Assembly (NCBI GenBank): GCA_041661795.1
Contig: JBAZTS010000005.1
Coordinates: 768 to 64,767, forward strand
Source of the DNA: Minisyncoccota bacterium
Lineage (GTDB): Bacteria; Patescibacteriota; Minisyncoccia; UBA6257; JAGOQP01
DNA: 64,000 nt
Direction of reading: 5' to 3'
Below, one piece after another: positions 1 through 9,954 of the stretch. The first letter of the stretch is position 1; each line of letters starts with the position of its first letter. The notes below the pieces were generated by a model. It saw nothing but the letters and a program-made list of their open reading frames with translations. It was not told where the DNA came from and did not search any database. A program made the position numbers and the translations under genes.

Positions 1-1480
1 GGGAGCTGGAACACCCGCTTTGGTTGTTTCCGGTTCAACTGATGCCAATGGAATCGTTAGATTCTCTAACGGTGCCGGATTGTTCAACGTTGTTCCAGGA
101 ACATCTGTCTATATAACTCTTAAAGGTGATATAGCTTCGGATGGATCCGGAACTTCCGGAGCCGACTCTGGAGACAATTTGAGATTGGCCTTGTACATGG
201 CTGATGACAACGCTGTTCAGGACTTTAGAGCTGTTGGTGTAAGTTCATCTACTGCTCTTCAGGAAGCTGACGCAGCTACCAACAACACAGCTCCAGTTAT
301 CGCTAACTTAACGTATGCCGATAACGTTGCTAACGTTGACGGAGACCTTGACACGACATTTATCGCCGGAAGCGATACTATTGTCAGAAAGTCAAAGCCA
401 ACTGTTGTCTCTACAGCCACAGCTGGAAGCTTGAGCAATGGTGATGACACCTTGCTTGAGTACACAATTTCAGCTACTGGTTCTGATGACGTAGCTCTAA
501 AGAGATTCCTCTTCAACTACTCTGAGACAGGAACATTCACATCTTCTGACTTCAAATTCTTTGAAGGAGGAACTGATATTACTTCTCAGGTAGCTATGAG
601 AGCTGTTGGTGACTTTGATGCCAACGGAGCTTTGGATCTGGAACAAGACATTGATTCAACCGCCGGTGACATTGGTGTTACCGATGGAGGATCAGCTATT
701 GTTTCCGTTACATTTACCAATGAGAAAACAATCTCATCTGGTTCATCCAAGACATTCTCTTTGAGATCATCTGTTGCCGGAGCCGGAACTGGAGAATCTA
801 TAACCGTTTCAATGAGAAACGACACGGTTAACGGAGGAACCACAACCGCTTTGGGACAGTACAGAGACATTGATGTCTACCTAAACACAACTGTAGCTTC
901 TGACTTCATCGCTGGTGGAGCCGAAGTTCTTAGTGTGTTCTGGGACTTGGACGGAGATGCCGTCTTAGATGCTACTGACCCATCAATCGTTGAAGCTGGA
1001 TTTACCGATGGTGCTAACCATGCAACCGCCGGTGAAGCTGTAAGCACATTCAACGTAAGATTAACTGGAGCTTGCGCCCTTCTTACAGAAGGAGGTGGAG
1101 CTGACACATTCACATTTGATGCTGATTGTGACGGAGCCATTGATGCAACGGAAATTACCATTGCAACTGGTGCTAGCGGTCTTACTAACGAGGCCTACAC
1201 GACCATCAACGACTTGAGACCTTACGCTTGGAGAACTGCAGCGGACACAGTGTTATATCTTGATATCAACGGCAGTGCTGCCGATGATGCCACAGAGCCA
1301 ACATTTGTTGTTCTTACAGGACACACAGCTACCGTTTCAGCTGGTGTTGTTTCCAATTTTGTTTGGTCTGATTCTTCAGCCGACATTCACGCTGAGAACA
1401 CTGCTGATTGGGCTAACGGATTTTACGTTAACGCTTCAGCTAGTTCGCTTTCTAACGTGAAGAAGACCTTGTCTTTGTAA
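1..1480 (+). CDS. Large acidic Gly/Ala/Thr/Asp-rich surface (S-layer-like) protein, C-terminal part; start lies upstream of the window
   Basis: Frame open from the window edge; several DxDxDG-like motifs (DLDGDAVLD, DADCDGAID); followed by a terminator. Confidence 0.7.
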   Translation, partial: GAGTPALVVSGSTDANGIVRFSNGAGLFNVVPGTSVYITLKGDIASDGSGTSGADSGDNLRLALYMADDNAVQDFRAVGVSSSTALQEADAATNNTAPVIANLTYADNVANVDGDLDTTFIAGSDTIVRKSKPTVVSTATAGSLSNGDDTLLEYTISATGSDDVALKRFLFNYSETGTFTSSDFKFFEGGTDITSQVAMRAVGDFDANGALDLEQDIDSTAGDIGVTDGGSAIVSVTFTNEKTISSGSSKTFSLRSSVAGAGTGESITVSMRNDTVNGGTTTALGQYRDIDVYLNTTVASDFIAGGAEVLSVFWDLDGDAVLDATDPSIVEAGFTDGANHATAGEAVSTFNVRLTGACALLTEGGGADTFTFDADCDGAIDATEITIATGASGLTNEAYTTINDLRPYAWRTAADTVLYLDINGSAADDATEPTFVVLTGHTATVSAGVVSNFVWSDSSADIHAENTADWANGFYVNASASSLSNVKKTLSL

Positions 1481-1500
1481 ACTTGTTTACAGGACAGGCA

Positions 1501-1534
1501 AAACAAAAACTCCCGTAAAAGGGAGTTTTTGTTT
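1501..1534 (+). terminator. Intrinsic terminator
   Basis: aaacaaaaactccc-gtaaaa-gggagtttttgttt inverted repeat with T tail. Confidence 0.85.
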
Positions 1535-1551
1535 TTATAGGTTTATTTTAG

Positions 1552-1560
1552 TTATCCACA
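1552..1560 (+). promoter_or_regulatory. Consensus DnaA box upstream of a surface-protein promoter region
   Basis: TTATCCACA exact match; TATAAT about 30 nt downstream. Confidence 0.45.
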
Positions 1561-1716
1561 TCTTTCTTAACTTATTTTGTTTTTTGATATATAATATATT
1601 AGTAAAAAATAGTTTTTAATCGCTATAAGGTCGATGCCTCTTTGGCTATGTTCACAGCGAATTTGAATTTGTCGGTATAAAATAAAAAATAATAAAATTA
1701 ATTAAAAAAAATAAAC

Positions 1717-4419
1717 ATGAATAAATTTGTGAAATTTTCAGTGATTGGATTTATGATTCTCTCCACTGTTATGTGGTCAGCCGGTTCGGCTTTAGCTGTA
1801 TCTGTTGCCGCCGATTATACCAAAAGTGATGTTGCCACTAATACGATTGGCAGAGGAGATACCAATCAATTGGTGTTTAACGTTCTTTTAAACAACGATG
1901 TTCTTATTACTAATGGAGGTGGCGCTTCTGCTGCTGGAAATGCATTGGCAACTTTACAAGGAGCCACTGATCCCGTTTTTGTTGACGGAACTTCAAATGA
2001 CAATACTTATACTAACGGTGAAGCAGTTATCTACAGCGTTGACTTAACATTGGATGCCGGAGTATTGAGCGGAGCCGGAACCGATGATGTTTTAATCGCC
2101 GGTCCGTCTGACATCAAACCTTTTCCGGGGACTATTTATGGTCTTGATGCCGCTGCCGGTACGGACGGTGCTTACGATGCTGGAGAAGTTCTTATTTCTT
2201 CCGCTGATACAAATTTGACTAACGGTGATACGGTTGTTACCGCCGGTACGGCTGATGTGACAAATTTTATTGCCGCTGATGGTGTGCTGTTTGATGATGG
2301 TGCTGAATGGGACACAGGAGTGGATGATATATTTATTGATTCTGATAATGACGATGTTTATACAACCGCAGCCGATGCATTGATTGATAATAATGCCGAT
2401 GCGCCAGCTGCTGGAGCGACAACATTTGATGTTGTGGCCGGTGATCAACTTTGTTCCGATAATGTCGTTGGAACTTTAGCGACCGCTGTCTGGACTTATA
2501 CAGGTACTGGAGCAGATGTTACCGCCTGTACAGCTGATGATGTAGTGGGAGTTCAGTATCTGGGGGCTGGAGCAGCCGCCGGTGGAACTTTGATAGTAAC
2601 CGGAATGAACTGGGCAAGCTCCGATAACGTTTTGGATGGAACAACTGATTTGTACGAAGAAAATGTTGCCGAGCAGTTAACTTACTCTGCCGCTGCTGAT
2701 GTTGTTCTTTATAATGGATCAGGAACTTTGACTTTAGGAGATGCCGGTTCAGAAATGGGTGTTGCTGATGCCGAAGCTATATATTTGGATTCTGATCATG
2801 GTGGTACCTACACCAATGGTGAACCAATAATTGATTTAGGAAATGGAAACACATTGGCTGATGATGGTAACTTGCCATTGACAGCAATATTTCTTGCTAA
2901 AGCCACAGGTAACTGGACGGTTGATTGGACAGCTATGAATGCTGCGGCCAATGCCGATATTGGATACGCTGACGCTAACCACGGTTCAACATTTACAACT
3001 GGAGAGGCGGTTATTATGGAAGCTGCCGCGGCTGCGACAGATACCATACTTGAAACAACCGATGTGGTGACTTCAACTGGTTCTGCGGAACTTACTCAAT
3101 TTCCCGTGGGTTTTAGATATGTAGATGTTGGAGGGGCTAACTATGATGCCGCTGATGACATTTATTTTGAGAACGACAACTCTGGAGATGGAGATAACGT
3201 TGTAGATAAACTTCAACTAAACTCTATTACGGTTCAAAATGCCGGAACAGCTGTTTTCAACGATATTGCCGCTGTTCATGTCTGGTGGGACGCTGACAGC
3301 AATGCAATATTAAACCCTGCCTTGGACACCGATTTAGGCGCAATGACAGCCGATGCTAATGGATGGGCGCTAACAGGACTTACTCAAGCTCTTTCGACTG
3401 TCAACTCAAGATTGTTTGTCTCGGTAAATATTTATTCAGGAGCCGATGACAACAGAACAATTCAGATGAGAATTCCATTAAGAGTTGATACTAATGCCAA
3501 TGGAACTTATGACGCAGGTGATGAAGGTATATTTGTTGATGCCGCTTCAACTGTTGGTGACGGACCAAGCGATGTCCTTATACTTAACGCCAACGTTCTT
3601 ACAATTGATGTTCCCTCTTCCACTGGTTCTGGTGGAGACATAACTCCTCCATCTGCTCCTTCTGGAGTCAGTGCGCAAGGAACTGGAATTGCAAATGAAA
3701 TAAAATTGATGTGGACTAATCCAACTGCTTCCGATTTTGCCGGAGTCAGAATATTCAGATCTCAGACATCGGGAAATGCGGTAGCTAATGGAGCTATTGT
3801 AGTGGTTTCCACAACTGGAACTTCTTACACGGATACCAACCTTGCTAATGGTTCTACTTACTACTATGTACTAAGGGCCATGGACAATACTGGTAACTAT
3901 ACAAATTCTTCTGAGGTTAGCGCTGTAGCCGGAAGTCAACCATCAAGCACAACGACTACAACTTCTACTTCTACAACTGCTACTTCAACAGAAGGAACGA
4001 CCACAACAACTACAACAACCACAACGACCACAACTCCTCCTGCTACGCTTCCTTATCCAAACCCAACCACTGTTGAACAGATGCAGGCAAATATTGTGGT
4101 TTTGCTGGCTCAATTATCTTTCTTACAGACCCAGTTAAGCCAAGCTCAGGAAACTGGAACGGAGCTTCCTCCTTTGGCTAAAGTTTATGTCTTTAACACT
4201 AACTTTGGACAAGGAATCAGAAGTGGCACGGTTACAAATCTCCAGACCATTTTGGCTCATGAGGGACTTTATGAGGTTAAATACATAACAGGATATTTTG
4301 GTCCTATTACCAAAGCAGCCGTTATAAAATTCCAAGCCAAATACGGAATTTCTCCTCAGAGCGGATATGTTGGACCTTTGACTAGAGCTCAACTTAGTAA
4401 GCTCTACGGAGGTAATTAA
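1717..4419 (+). CDS. Secreted surface protein: signal peptide, acidic repeats, fibronectin type III domain, Thr-rich linker, C-terminal peptidoglycan-binding domain
   Basis: Signal ending SALA; DITPPSAPSGV...LMWTNP...YYYVLRAMD (FN3); poly-Thr; TGYFGPITKAAVIKFQ...GYVGPLTRAQL (PG-binding type). Confidence 0.85.
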   Translation: MNKFVKFSVIGFMILSTVMWSAGSALAVSVAADYTKSDVATNTIGRGDTNQLVFNVLLNNDVLITNGGGASAAGNALATLQGATDPVFVDGTSNDNTYTNGEAVIYSVDLTLDAGVLSGAGTDDVLIAGPSDIKPFPGTIYGLDAAAGTDGAYDAGEVLISSADTNLTNGDTVVTAGTADVTNFIAADGVLFDDGAEWDTGVDDIFIDSDNDDVYTTAADALIDNNADAPAAGATTFDVVAGDQLCSDNVVGTLATAVWTYTGTGADVTACTADDVVGVQYLGAGAAAGGTLIVTGMNWASSDNVLDGTTDLYEENVAEQLTYSAAADVVLYNGSGTLTLGDAGSEMGVADAEAIYLDSDHGGTYTNGEPIIDLGNGNTLADDGNLPLTAIFLAKATGNWTVDWTAMNAAANADIGYADANHGSTFTTGEAVIMEAAAAATDTILETTDVVTSTGSAELTQFPVGFRYVDVGGANYDAADDIYFENDNSGDGDNVVDKLQLNSITVQNAGTAVFNDIAAVHVWWDADSNAILNPALDTDLGAMTADANGWALTGLTQALSTVNSRLFVSVNIYSGADDNRTIQMRIPLRVDTNANGTYDAGDEGIFVDAASTVGDGPSDVLILNANVLTIDVPSSTGSGGDITPPSAPSGVSAQGTGIANEIKLMWTNPTASDFAGVRIFRSQTSGNAVANGAIVVVSTTGTSYTDTNLANGSTYYYVLRAMDNTGNYTNSSEVSAVAGSQPSSTTTTTSTSTTATSTEGTTTTTTTTTTTTTPPATLPYPNPTTVEQMQANIVVLLAQLSFLQTQLSQAQETGTELPPLAKVYVFNTNFGQGIRSGTVTNLQTILAHEGLYEVKYITGYFGPITKAAVIKFQAKYGISPQSGYVGPLTRAQLSKLYGGN

Positions 4420-4440
4420 ATTTTGTTGTGAAACAAAAAT

Positions 4441-4468
4441 CAAAAGGAGACCACAAGGTCTCTTTTTG
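4441..4468 (+). terminator. Intrinsic terminator
   Basis: caaaaggagacc-acaa-ggtctctttttg. Confidence 0.8.
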
Positions 4469-4509
4469 GTTTAAGGATAAATGCTGATATAATATAAGTA
4501 ATAAGTGAT

Positions 4510-6678
4510 ATGAAAATTTCTATAAAAATACTACTTTTGTCTTTAGGTTTTTTAACGCCTTTAATTGTTGATTCCTCTGTTTTTTTCCCTTACATTACCG
4601 GAAAATCAATGTTTATCCGCGGGATTGTTTCTTTGGCTTGGTTGGTGTTTTTTGTGGGACTAGCGGTATTCCCCAATTTTAGAAAAGAAATTCTAACCAG
4701 ATTAAAAAAGGTTTGGAAAAATCCCGTTTTTATTTCCGTCTTATTTTTTTGGGGAACAATACTTTTAAGCACTATTTTTTCTGTGAATAGATTCAGAGCT
4801 TTTTTGGGAGACACAGAAAGAGGGGAGGGTTTTATCGGGCTGACATTTTTTATATCTTTTTTTATTATCTCGCTTCTTGTTTTTGAAAAAAAGGACTGGG
4901 TTAACTTTTTCCGATTGAGTATTTTTACCGGGTTAATTCTTTTTGTTGGCTCGCTTATGGAACTTTTTAGAGGTGTTTCAAGACCAGCTTCTTTTACCGG
5001 AAATCCGATATATCTGGCGGCTTTTTTTCTTTTTGTAATATGCTCGGCTTTGGTTGTTATTTGGGATAGTTGGCAACAGAGAAAAAAGTTTTGGTTCTAT
5101 ACTTCACTGGCTGCTATTATTTTTTCTATATTTGGGATTTTTATCACACAGACCAGAGGAGTAATAATTGGACTTTTCGCTGGGGTTATTATGGCTTTAT
5201 TGTGGCTGGTTTTTTCTGCCAAAGAGATAAAAATATTCAACAAAGTGTCTTTGAAAAAACTATCTATTTGGACTCTTGTGGTTATGGGGCTTTTTTCTTC
5301 AATTTTTTATCTGACAAAAGATGGTTCTTTTTGGCAGAAAATTCCGGGATTTGATCGCTTATCGCAGCTTTCTTTGAAAGACCCAACTTTTCAAACGCGG
5401 TTGATATCTTTGGGAGTCAGTTTAAAAGCCATAAATCCGGTAACCAATGGATTTGAAAGATTGTTAATCGGATGGGGCCCAGAAAACTTTTCTTTTGCTT
5501 ATAACAAATACTATAACCCCGACTACTACCAATATGAGAATAGCTGGTTTGACAGAGCTCATAACAAGTTAATGGATGTTTTGGTAATGCACGGAATTTT
5601 GGGTTTATTGGCTTATCTTGTAATTTGGATTGGGGCCTTTTGGTCAATCTTAAAGTCAAAAAAGTTTAATATTGCCTCTTTTGGATTGATATTTTTTGGA
5701 GTTTCTTATTTTGTCCAGAATCTCTTTGTCTTTGATTCTGTCGCAACGTATATTCCCTTCTTTGCTTTTATGAGCTTTACTGTTTTCTGGAAAAGTCAGG
5801 AAGATTCAGAAGAGATTTCCAGCCCAACTAATCATTCTAAAAAAGATAATATTGTTGTTTTATCAATTTTTGGATTAACTTCTTTAGCGCTCTTAGTTCT
5901 TTTCTATTTTTATTCTCTAATTTCCTATGTCCAGATGAGAAATTATATATCTCTGATAAAAAGTGGAGACGGACCGACTATTTTAGAGAATATTGATAAA
6001 GTTATGTCGCCATATTCTTTTTCACAGGAAAACATCAGGACCCATTTTGCCGCCTTGGTGATTAATTATTTTGGTCAGGGTGGGTCTTCTGATGGGCTCA
6101 TACGAAAAGCCGTTTATTATTTTGAAGAGTTGTGGAAAAAAGAGCCGTATAGCCCAAGATATGCCCTACAGCTTGGTGAAATTTATACCAACATAGGTGT
6201 GGCTTCTAAAAATCCAGATTTGATTAAAAAAGGAGAGGACTATCTGAGAGCTTCTTTAGCGCTGGCTCCTTTAAGGCAGGATGTGAGGCATGTTCTTTCT
6301 AATAATCTTTCTCTGCAGGGGAGATATCAGGAAGCTATAGATTTAGCCAATAAAACGATTGATTTAAATAAAAACATCGGAGATTCTTATTTCCACCTGG
6401 CAATAGTTTTCTTAGAAATGGGAGAAGAAACTTATAATCAGGCATTGGAAAATTTAGAAAAGGCTTTTTCCAGTTTGGGTTTCTGGCAAAAGAATGATGA
6501 TTTTTTGTCAAACGCTTATGAAAAACTTTTTGATTATTTTTACAAAAAAAGAGACACTAAAAACTTTGTTGTAGTTGCGACCAGATTAATTCAAATTGAG
6601 CCCGAAAGAGAAGAGCTTTTAAAAAGTATTATTGTTTTGGCGCTCAACGGTCAATGGGATAAGATAAATCTAAAATAA
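4510..6678 (+). CDS. O-antigen ligase/Wzy_C-family membrane protein with C-terminal TPR-like repeats (possible oligosaccharyltransferase)
   Basis: Many TM helices; GNPIYLAAF, TQTRG, GWGPENF, DRAHN motifs. Confidence 0.85.
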   Translation: MKISIKILLLSLGFLTPLIVDSSVFFPYITGKSMFIRGIVSLAWLVFFVGLAVFPNFRKEILTRLKKVWKNPVFISVLFFWGTILLSTIFSVNRFRAFLGDTERGEGFIGLTFFISFFIISLLVFEKKDWVNFFRLSIFTGLILFVGSLMELFRGVSRPASFTGNPIYLAAFFLFVICSALVVIWDSWQQRKKFWFYTSLAAIIFSIFGIFITQTRGVIIGLFAGVIMALLWLVFSAKEIKIFNKVSLKKLSIWTLVVMGLFSSIFYLTKDGSFWQKIPGFDRLSQLSLKDPTFQTRLISLGVSLKAINPVTNGFERLLIGWGPENFSFAYNKYYNPDYYQYENSWFDRAHNKLMDVLVMHGILGLLAYLVIWIGAFWSILKSKKFNIASFGLIFFGVSYFVQNLFVFDSVATYIPFFAFMSFTVFWKSQEDSEEISSPTNHSKKDNIVVLSIFGLTSLALLVLFYFYSLISYVQMRNYISLIKSGDGPTILENIDKVMSPYSFSQENIRTHFAALVINYFGQGGSSDGLIRKAVYYFEELWKKEPYSPRYALQLGEIYTNIGVASKNPDLIKKGEDYLRASLALAPLRQDVRHVLSNNLSLQGRYQEAIDLANKTIDLNKNIGDSYFHLAIVFLEMGEETYNQALENLEKAFSSLGFWQKNDDFLSNAYEKLFDYFYKKRDTKNFVVVATRLIQIEPEREELLKSIIVLALNGQWDKINLK

Positions 6679-7353
6679 ATGTTTTTGAAAAATATTAAAT
6701 ATATTTTTGCCTCAACGTTGCGAAGAAAAATATTGGATAAATTATTATCCGATAATGTTGGTTATTTTAAATCTGACTCGGTGGTTTTGGATATTGGTGG
6801 AAGAGATAGGGGGAAATTTATAAAACCAAAAAACAATGTAAAAAAATGGATTTTTGCTGATATTGACCCTTCTTACAATCCTGACGTTGTTTTAGATGTT
6901 TCTGATATGAAGCCGATTAAAAGCAATTCTATTGATGTGATTTTAGCAACGGAGCTTTTTGAACACGTGGCGGAACCCCAAAAAGGGATAAAGGAATGTT
7001 TTAGAGTTTTAAAAAAAGGAGGAATTTTTATAATATCAGCACCCTTTTTATACAGAATCCATGCCGACCCCGATGACTTTCAAAGATGGACGGATAAAAA
7101 ATGGATTTATGAACTGGAAACTATCGGTTTTAAATTGGAAAAAATTGAAGTGATGGGAAGGTTTTTTTCTGTGATGTCAGATAATTTCAGATTTTTTATC
7201 CAATCATTACCAAGATTGATAAAATACATACTTTATCCATTGGTTTTGATGTCGGATTTTATCTCTCTTTTGGATAGAACCAAACTGATTTTGAACAGTA
7301 AAATTCTTGATAGTTTTCATGGGGGGTATTTTATAGTTGCCACAAAGTCCTAA
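6679..7353 (+). CDS. Class I SAM-dependent methyltransferase
   Basis: VLDIGG, ELFEHV, RVLKKGG. Confidence 0.85.
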   Translation: MFLKNIKYIFASTLRRKILDKLLSDNVGYFKSDSVVLDIGGRDRGKFIKPKNNVKKWIFADIDPSYNPDVVLDVSDMKPIKSNSIDVILATELFEHVAEPQKGIKECFRVLKKGGIFIISAPFLYRIHADPDDFQRWTDKKWIYELETIGFKLEKIEVMGRFFSVMSDNFRFFIQSLPRLIKYILYPLVLMSDFISLLDRTKLILNSKILDSFHGGYFIVATKS

Positions 7354-7365
7354 TTTATTGAGTTT

Positions 7366-8163
7366 ATGGAAAAGAAAATAGATATTGGCATAGTTAATTT
7401 TAACTCATCAGATTTTATTGAAGTCAATCTTTTGGCTTTATCTAAACTGACAAAAAATGATTTTAGAGTTTTTATTTGTGACAATGGATCTTCAAAAAAC
7501 GATATAAAAAGATTGAAAAAGATTTCCAGTCAGTACAATAACGTCAGTTTGTTTTATAAAAAACAGGAAATAAATGGTTCTATTGGTCATGCTCAGGCAT
7601 TAAATTTCCTTTTAACAAAAATAGAAGCGCCTTACGGGTGTATCTTTGATGCTGATTGTGTTTTTCTGAAAAATGACTGGGATCAGATACTTATTAACCA
7701 AATTAACGACAAAATAAAAATTATTGGGACTCAAGCCCCGGAGCCAAAACCTCAGGATTTTCCTATTATGTTTGGAGTTTTATTTAAAACCAAAACTTTC
7801 AAAGATTTAAACATTAATTTTTTGCCCGACAAAAATGTTTCTAACGATGCCACCAAAGATACCGGTTGGGAAATGAGAGAAAAGTTTTTGAAAGCCGGGT
7901 ATTTAGGAAAAGTTATTGATATGAAAAGTACCAGATATTATAAAAATGGTCCTTTTACTAAAATAAGTGCCTGTGCCGAATATTATCTCAATGAAGATAA
8001 TCAAATATTTGCTTCTCATTTTGGCAGGGGCTCAAATCCTTTTGGAAAAAGATATTCTACTGTAAATATTCCTATCTTTAGCCAACTAATCAATTATTTT
8101 AGATGGAAGAAAGATAAACAAAATTGGATAAAAACAGCTTTGAGTATAATTTTTAAACAATAA
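7366..8163 (+). CDS. Glycosyltransferase family 2
   Basis: IVNFNS, DNGS, DAD motif. Confidence 0.8.
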   Translation: MEKKIDIGIVNFNSSDFIEVNLLALSKLTKNDFRVFICDNGSSKNDIKRLKKISSQYNNVSLFYKKQEINGSIGHAQALNFLLTKIEAPYGCIFDADCVFLKNDWDQILINQINDKIKIIGTQAPEPKPQDFPIMFGVLFKTKTFKDLNINFLPDKNVSNDATKDTGWEMREKFLKAGYLGKVIDMKSTRYYKNGPFTKISACAEYYLNEDNQIFASHFGRGSNPFGKRYSTVNIPIFSQLINYFRWKKDKQNWIKTALSIIFKQ

Positions 8164-8166
8164 AAT

Positions 8167-9180
8167 ATGGACAACAATAGTTTTGATAAAATTGAATTTG
8201 AAACCGTTGACTGTCCCTTTTGTCGAGACGAGCAAGAGTTAAAAAATCTTTTTAGCGCCCCTGATAGATTAAACAATTTACCGGGAGAATTTTATGTGGT
8301 CAAATGTCAAAGATGCGGGTTGGTTTTTCAAAACCCAAGACCCAAAGAAAAATGGATTGAGTTATATTATCCTGACAATGCCGGATATTTTGTTCCTAGC
8401 GATGTTAGAATGGGAAAACTAAAGAAGAGAATAGATGAATTAATTCTTATCAATTTTTTTGGGTATAAAAATCTGGGAAGTAAAAATCTTGCCATAAAAA
8501 TATTACTTTTTCTTGTTTTTGTTTATTTTTACAGGTCAAAATCTATTCCCAGGTATGTTGAAAATGGGAAACTTTTAGAAATTGGTTGTTCCCATGGAGC
8601 TAAACTGGAATACTTAAAGGAGTTGGGATGGGAGGTTAAAGGTATAGAATTTAATAAAAAAGCGGCGCAATATGCCAAAGAAAAAAGAGGGCTTAATGTT
8701 TTAGCGGGATCTTTTTTTGAAGTTGATTTATCACAGGGACATTTTGATGTGGTTATTATGGATATGGTTTTGGAGCATCTTTATTGTCCCAAAGAAGCTA
8801 TTAAAAAAGTGTTTGAAATTTTAAAGCCGGGAGGGCAGTTAATTTTTTCCATCCCTTATTTCAATGGGCTGGAATACAAATTATTTAAGAATTTTTCCTA
8901 CGGACTTCAACTCCCGGCTCATATCTTTTTTCTTAATAAAGAGAATGTTGCTGATTTGCTAAAGGGCATGTTTATAAACACCAAAATCATTTTTCAACAT
9001 TTTGACAGAGATGTAGTTGCTTCGGCTTTCTATAAACATAAGGAAAAAGGGGGATTTTGGCTAAAGATTGTCTCTCAAAACAAAATTGTAAGATGGGTTT
9101 TTATTAAACCATCGGTTTTTATAATGTCACTTTTTGGATTAACAAGCAGAATAACCGTAAAGACAAATAAGATTAGGTAG
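8167..9180 (+). CDS. Class I SAM-dependent methyltransferase with N-terminal Zn-ribbon
   Basis: CPFC...CQRC; LLEIGCSHG; VLEH; LKPGG. Confidence 0.85.
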   Translation: MDNNSFDKIEFETVDCPFCRDEQELKNLFSAPDRLNNLPGEFYVVKCQRCGLVFQNPRPKEKWIELYYPDNAGYFVPSDVRMGKLKKRIDELILINFFGYKNLGSKNLAIKILLFLVFVYFYRSKSIPRYVENGKLLEIGCSHGAKLEYLKELGWEVKGIEFNKKAAQYAKEKRGLNVLAGSFFEVDLSQGHFDVVIMDMVLEHLYCPKEAIKKVFEILKPGGQLIFSIPYFNGLEYKLFKNFSYGLQLPAHIFFLNKENVADLLKGMFINTKIIFQHFDRDVVASAFYKHKEKGGFWLKIVSQNKIVRWVFIKPSVFIMSLFGLTSRITVKTNKIR

Positions 9181-9954
9181 TTATTTTTCCGAAATAACCA
9201 TAAATCCTATGCTGGCATTAGGGTTATTTTCTACTTTTTTATGTTTCCACCGCCAAAGTTTCTTATAGAGAGACAGGTTTATTCCTCCTACAAGGTCAAT
9301 AAGTCCGGTTAAAGGGAAATCGTAAACTATTGGATTTATTTCTTTTATCTTAAATCCTGTTTTTTGGTGTTCCTTTATTATTTCTTCTTTTGAGTATTCT
9401 ATTTTATGGTCGGAATCGGAATAAAAATTAACTCTTGCTGATTTTTGAAATTCTTTCCAGGGCGTTTGACTGTTGGGGATAGCCAGCACCATTGCTCCTT
9501 TTGGTTTTAAAACCCTAAAACACTCCTTCATTATTTGCGCACGGTTGTTTAGGTGCTCTAGAACATCTAAGAAAAGTATCTTATCAAATTGGTTGTCTAA
9601 AAAAGGCAAAGAATTTTCTGCTGACAGACATGAAAAATCTATATTTCCAAAGCTGTATTTTTCCTGCCACTCTTTGGCTTGATTGATCGCCTTTCCCTCA
9701 TAATCAAAGGCGATTATCTTTTTAACCAAAGGAGATAGCTTAAAATCTCTTTGCCCGTTGTCGCATCCGATATCCAAAACCTCATCTTCTTTATTAAAGT
9801 ATTTTAACCACTCTGGATAGTCGTCTATTAAATGCTTTGGGTGTATGTATTGAGACGATTTTCCCGTCCACTTAACCAAGCGGATTGAAATCCCCGAACC
9901 AAGCCAGTTAATTAGCTTTATTGTCTTTATTAGGATTTTTTTAAGAAGTTTCAT
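9181..9954 (-). CDS. Class I SAM-dependent methyltransferase
   Basis: VLDIGCDNG, DVLEHL, RVLKPKG. Confidence 0.85.
   Translation of the reverse strand: MKLLKKILIKTIKLINWLGSGISIRLVKWTGKSSQYIHPKHLIDDYPEWLKYFNKEDEVLDIGCDNGQRDFKLSPLVKKIIAFDYEGKAINQAKEWQEKYSFGNIDFSCLSAENSLPFLDNQFDKILFLDVLEHLNNRAQIMKECFRVLKPKGAMVLAIPNSQTPWKEFQKSARVNFYSDSDHKIEYSKEEIIKEHQKTGFKIKEINPIVYDFPLTGLIDLVGGINLSLYKKLWRWKHKKVENNPNASIGFMVISEK

Noticed and set aside
259-3047. Antisense and alternate-frame ORFs inside the surface-protein genes
   Set aside because: Shadows of biased codon usage in long real genes; no motifs
3949-4036. ACN-rich tandem tract as a CRISPR or VNTR
   Set aside because: Encodes the poly-Thr linker; no repeat-spacer structure
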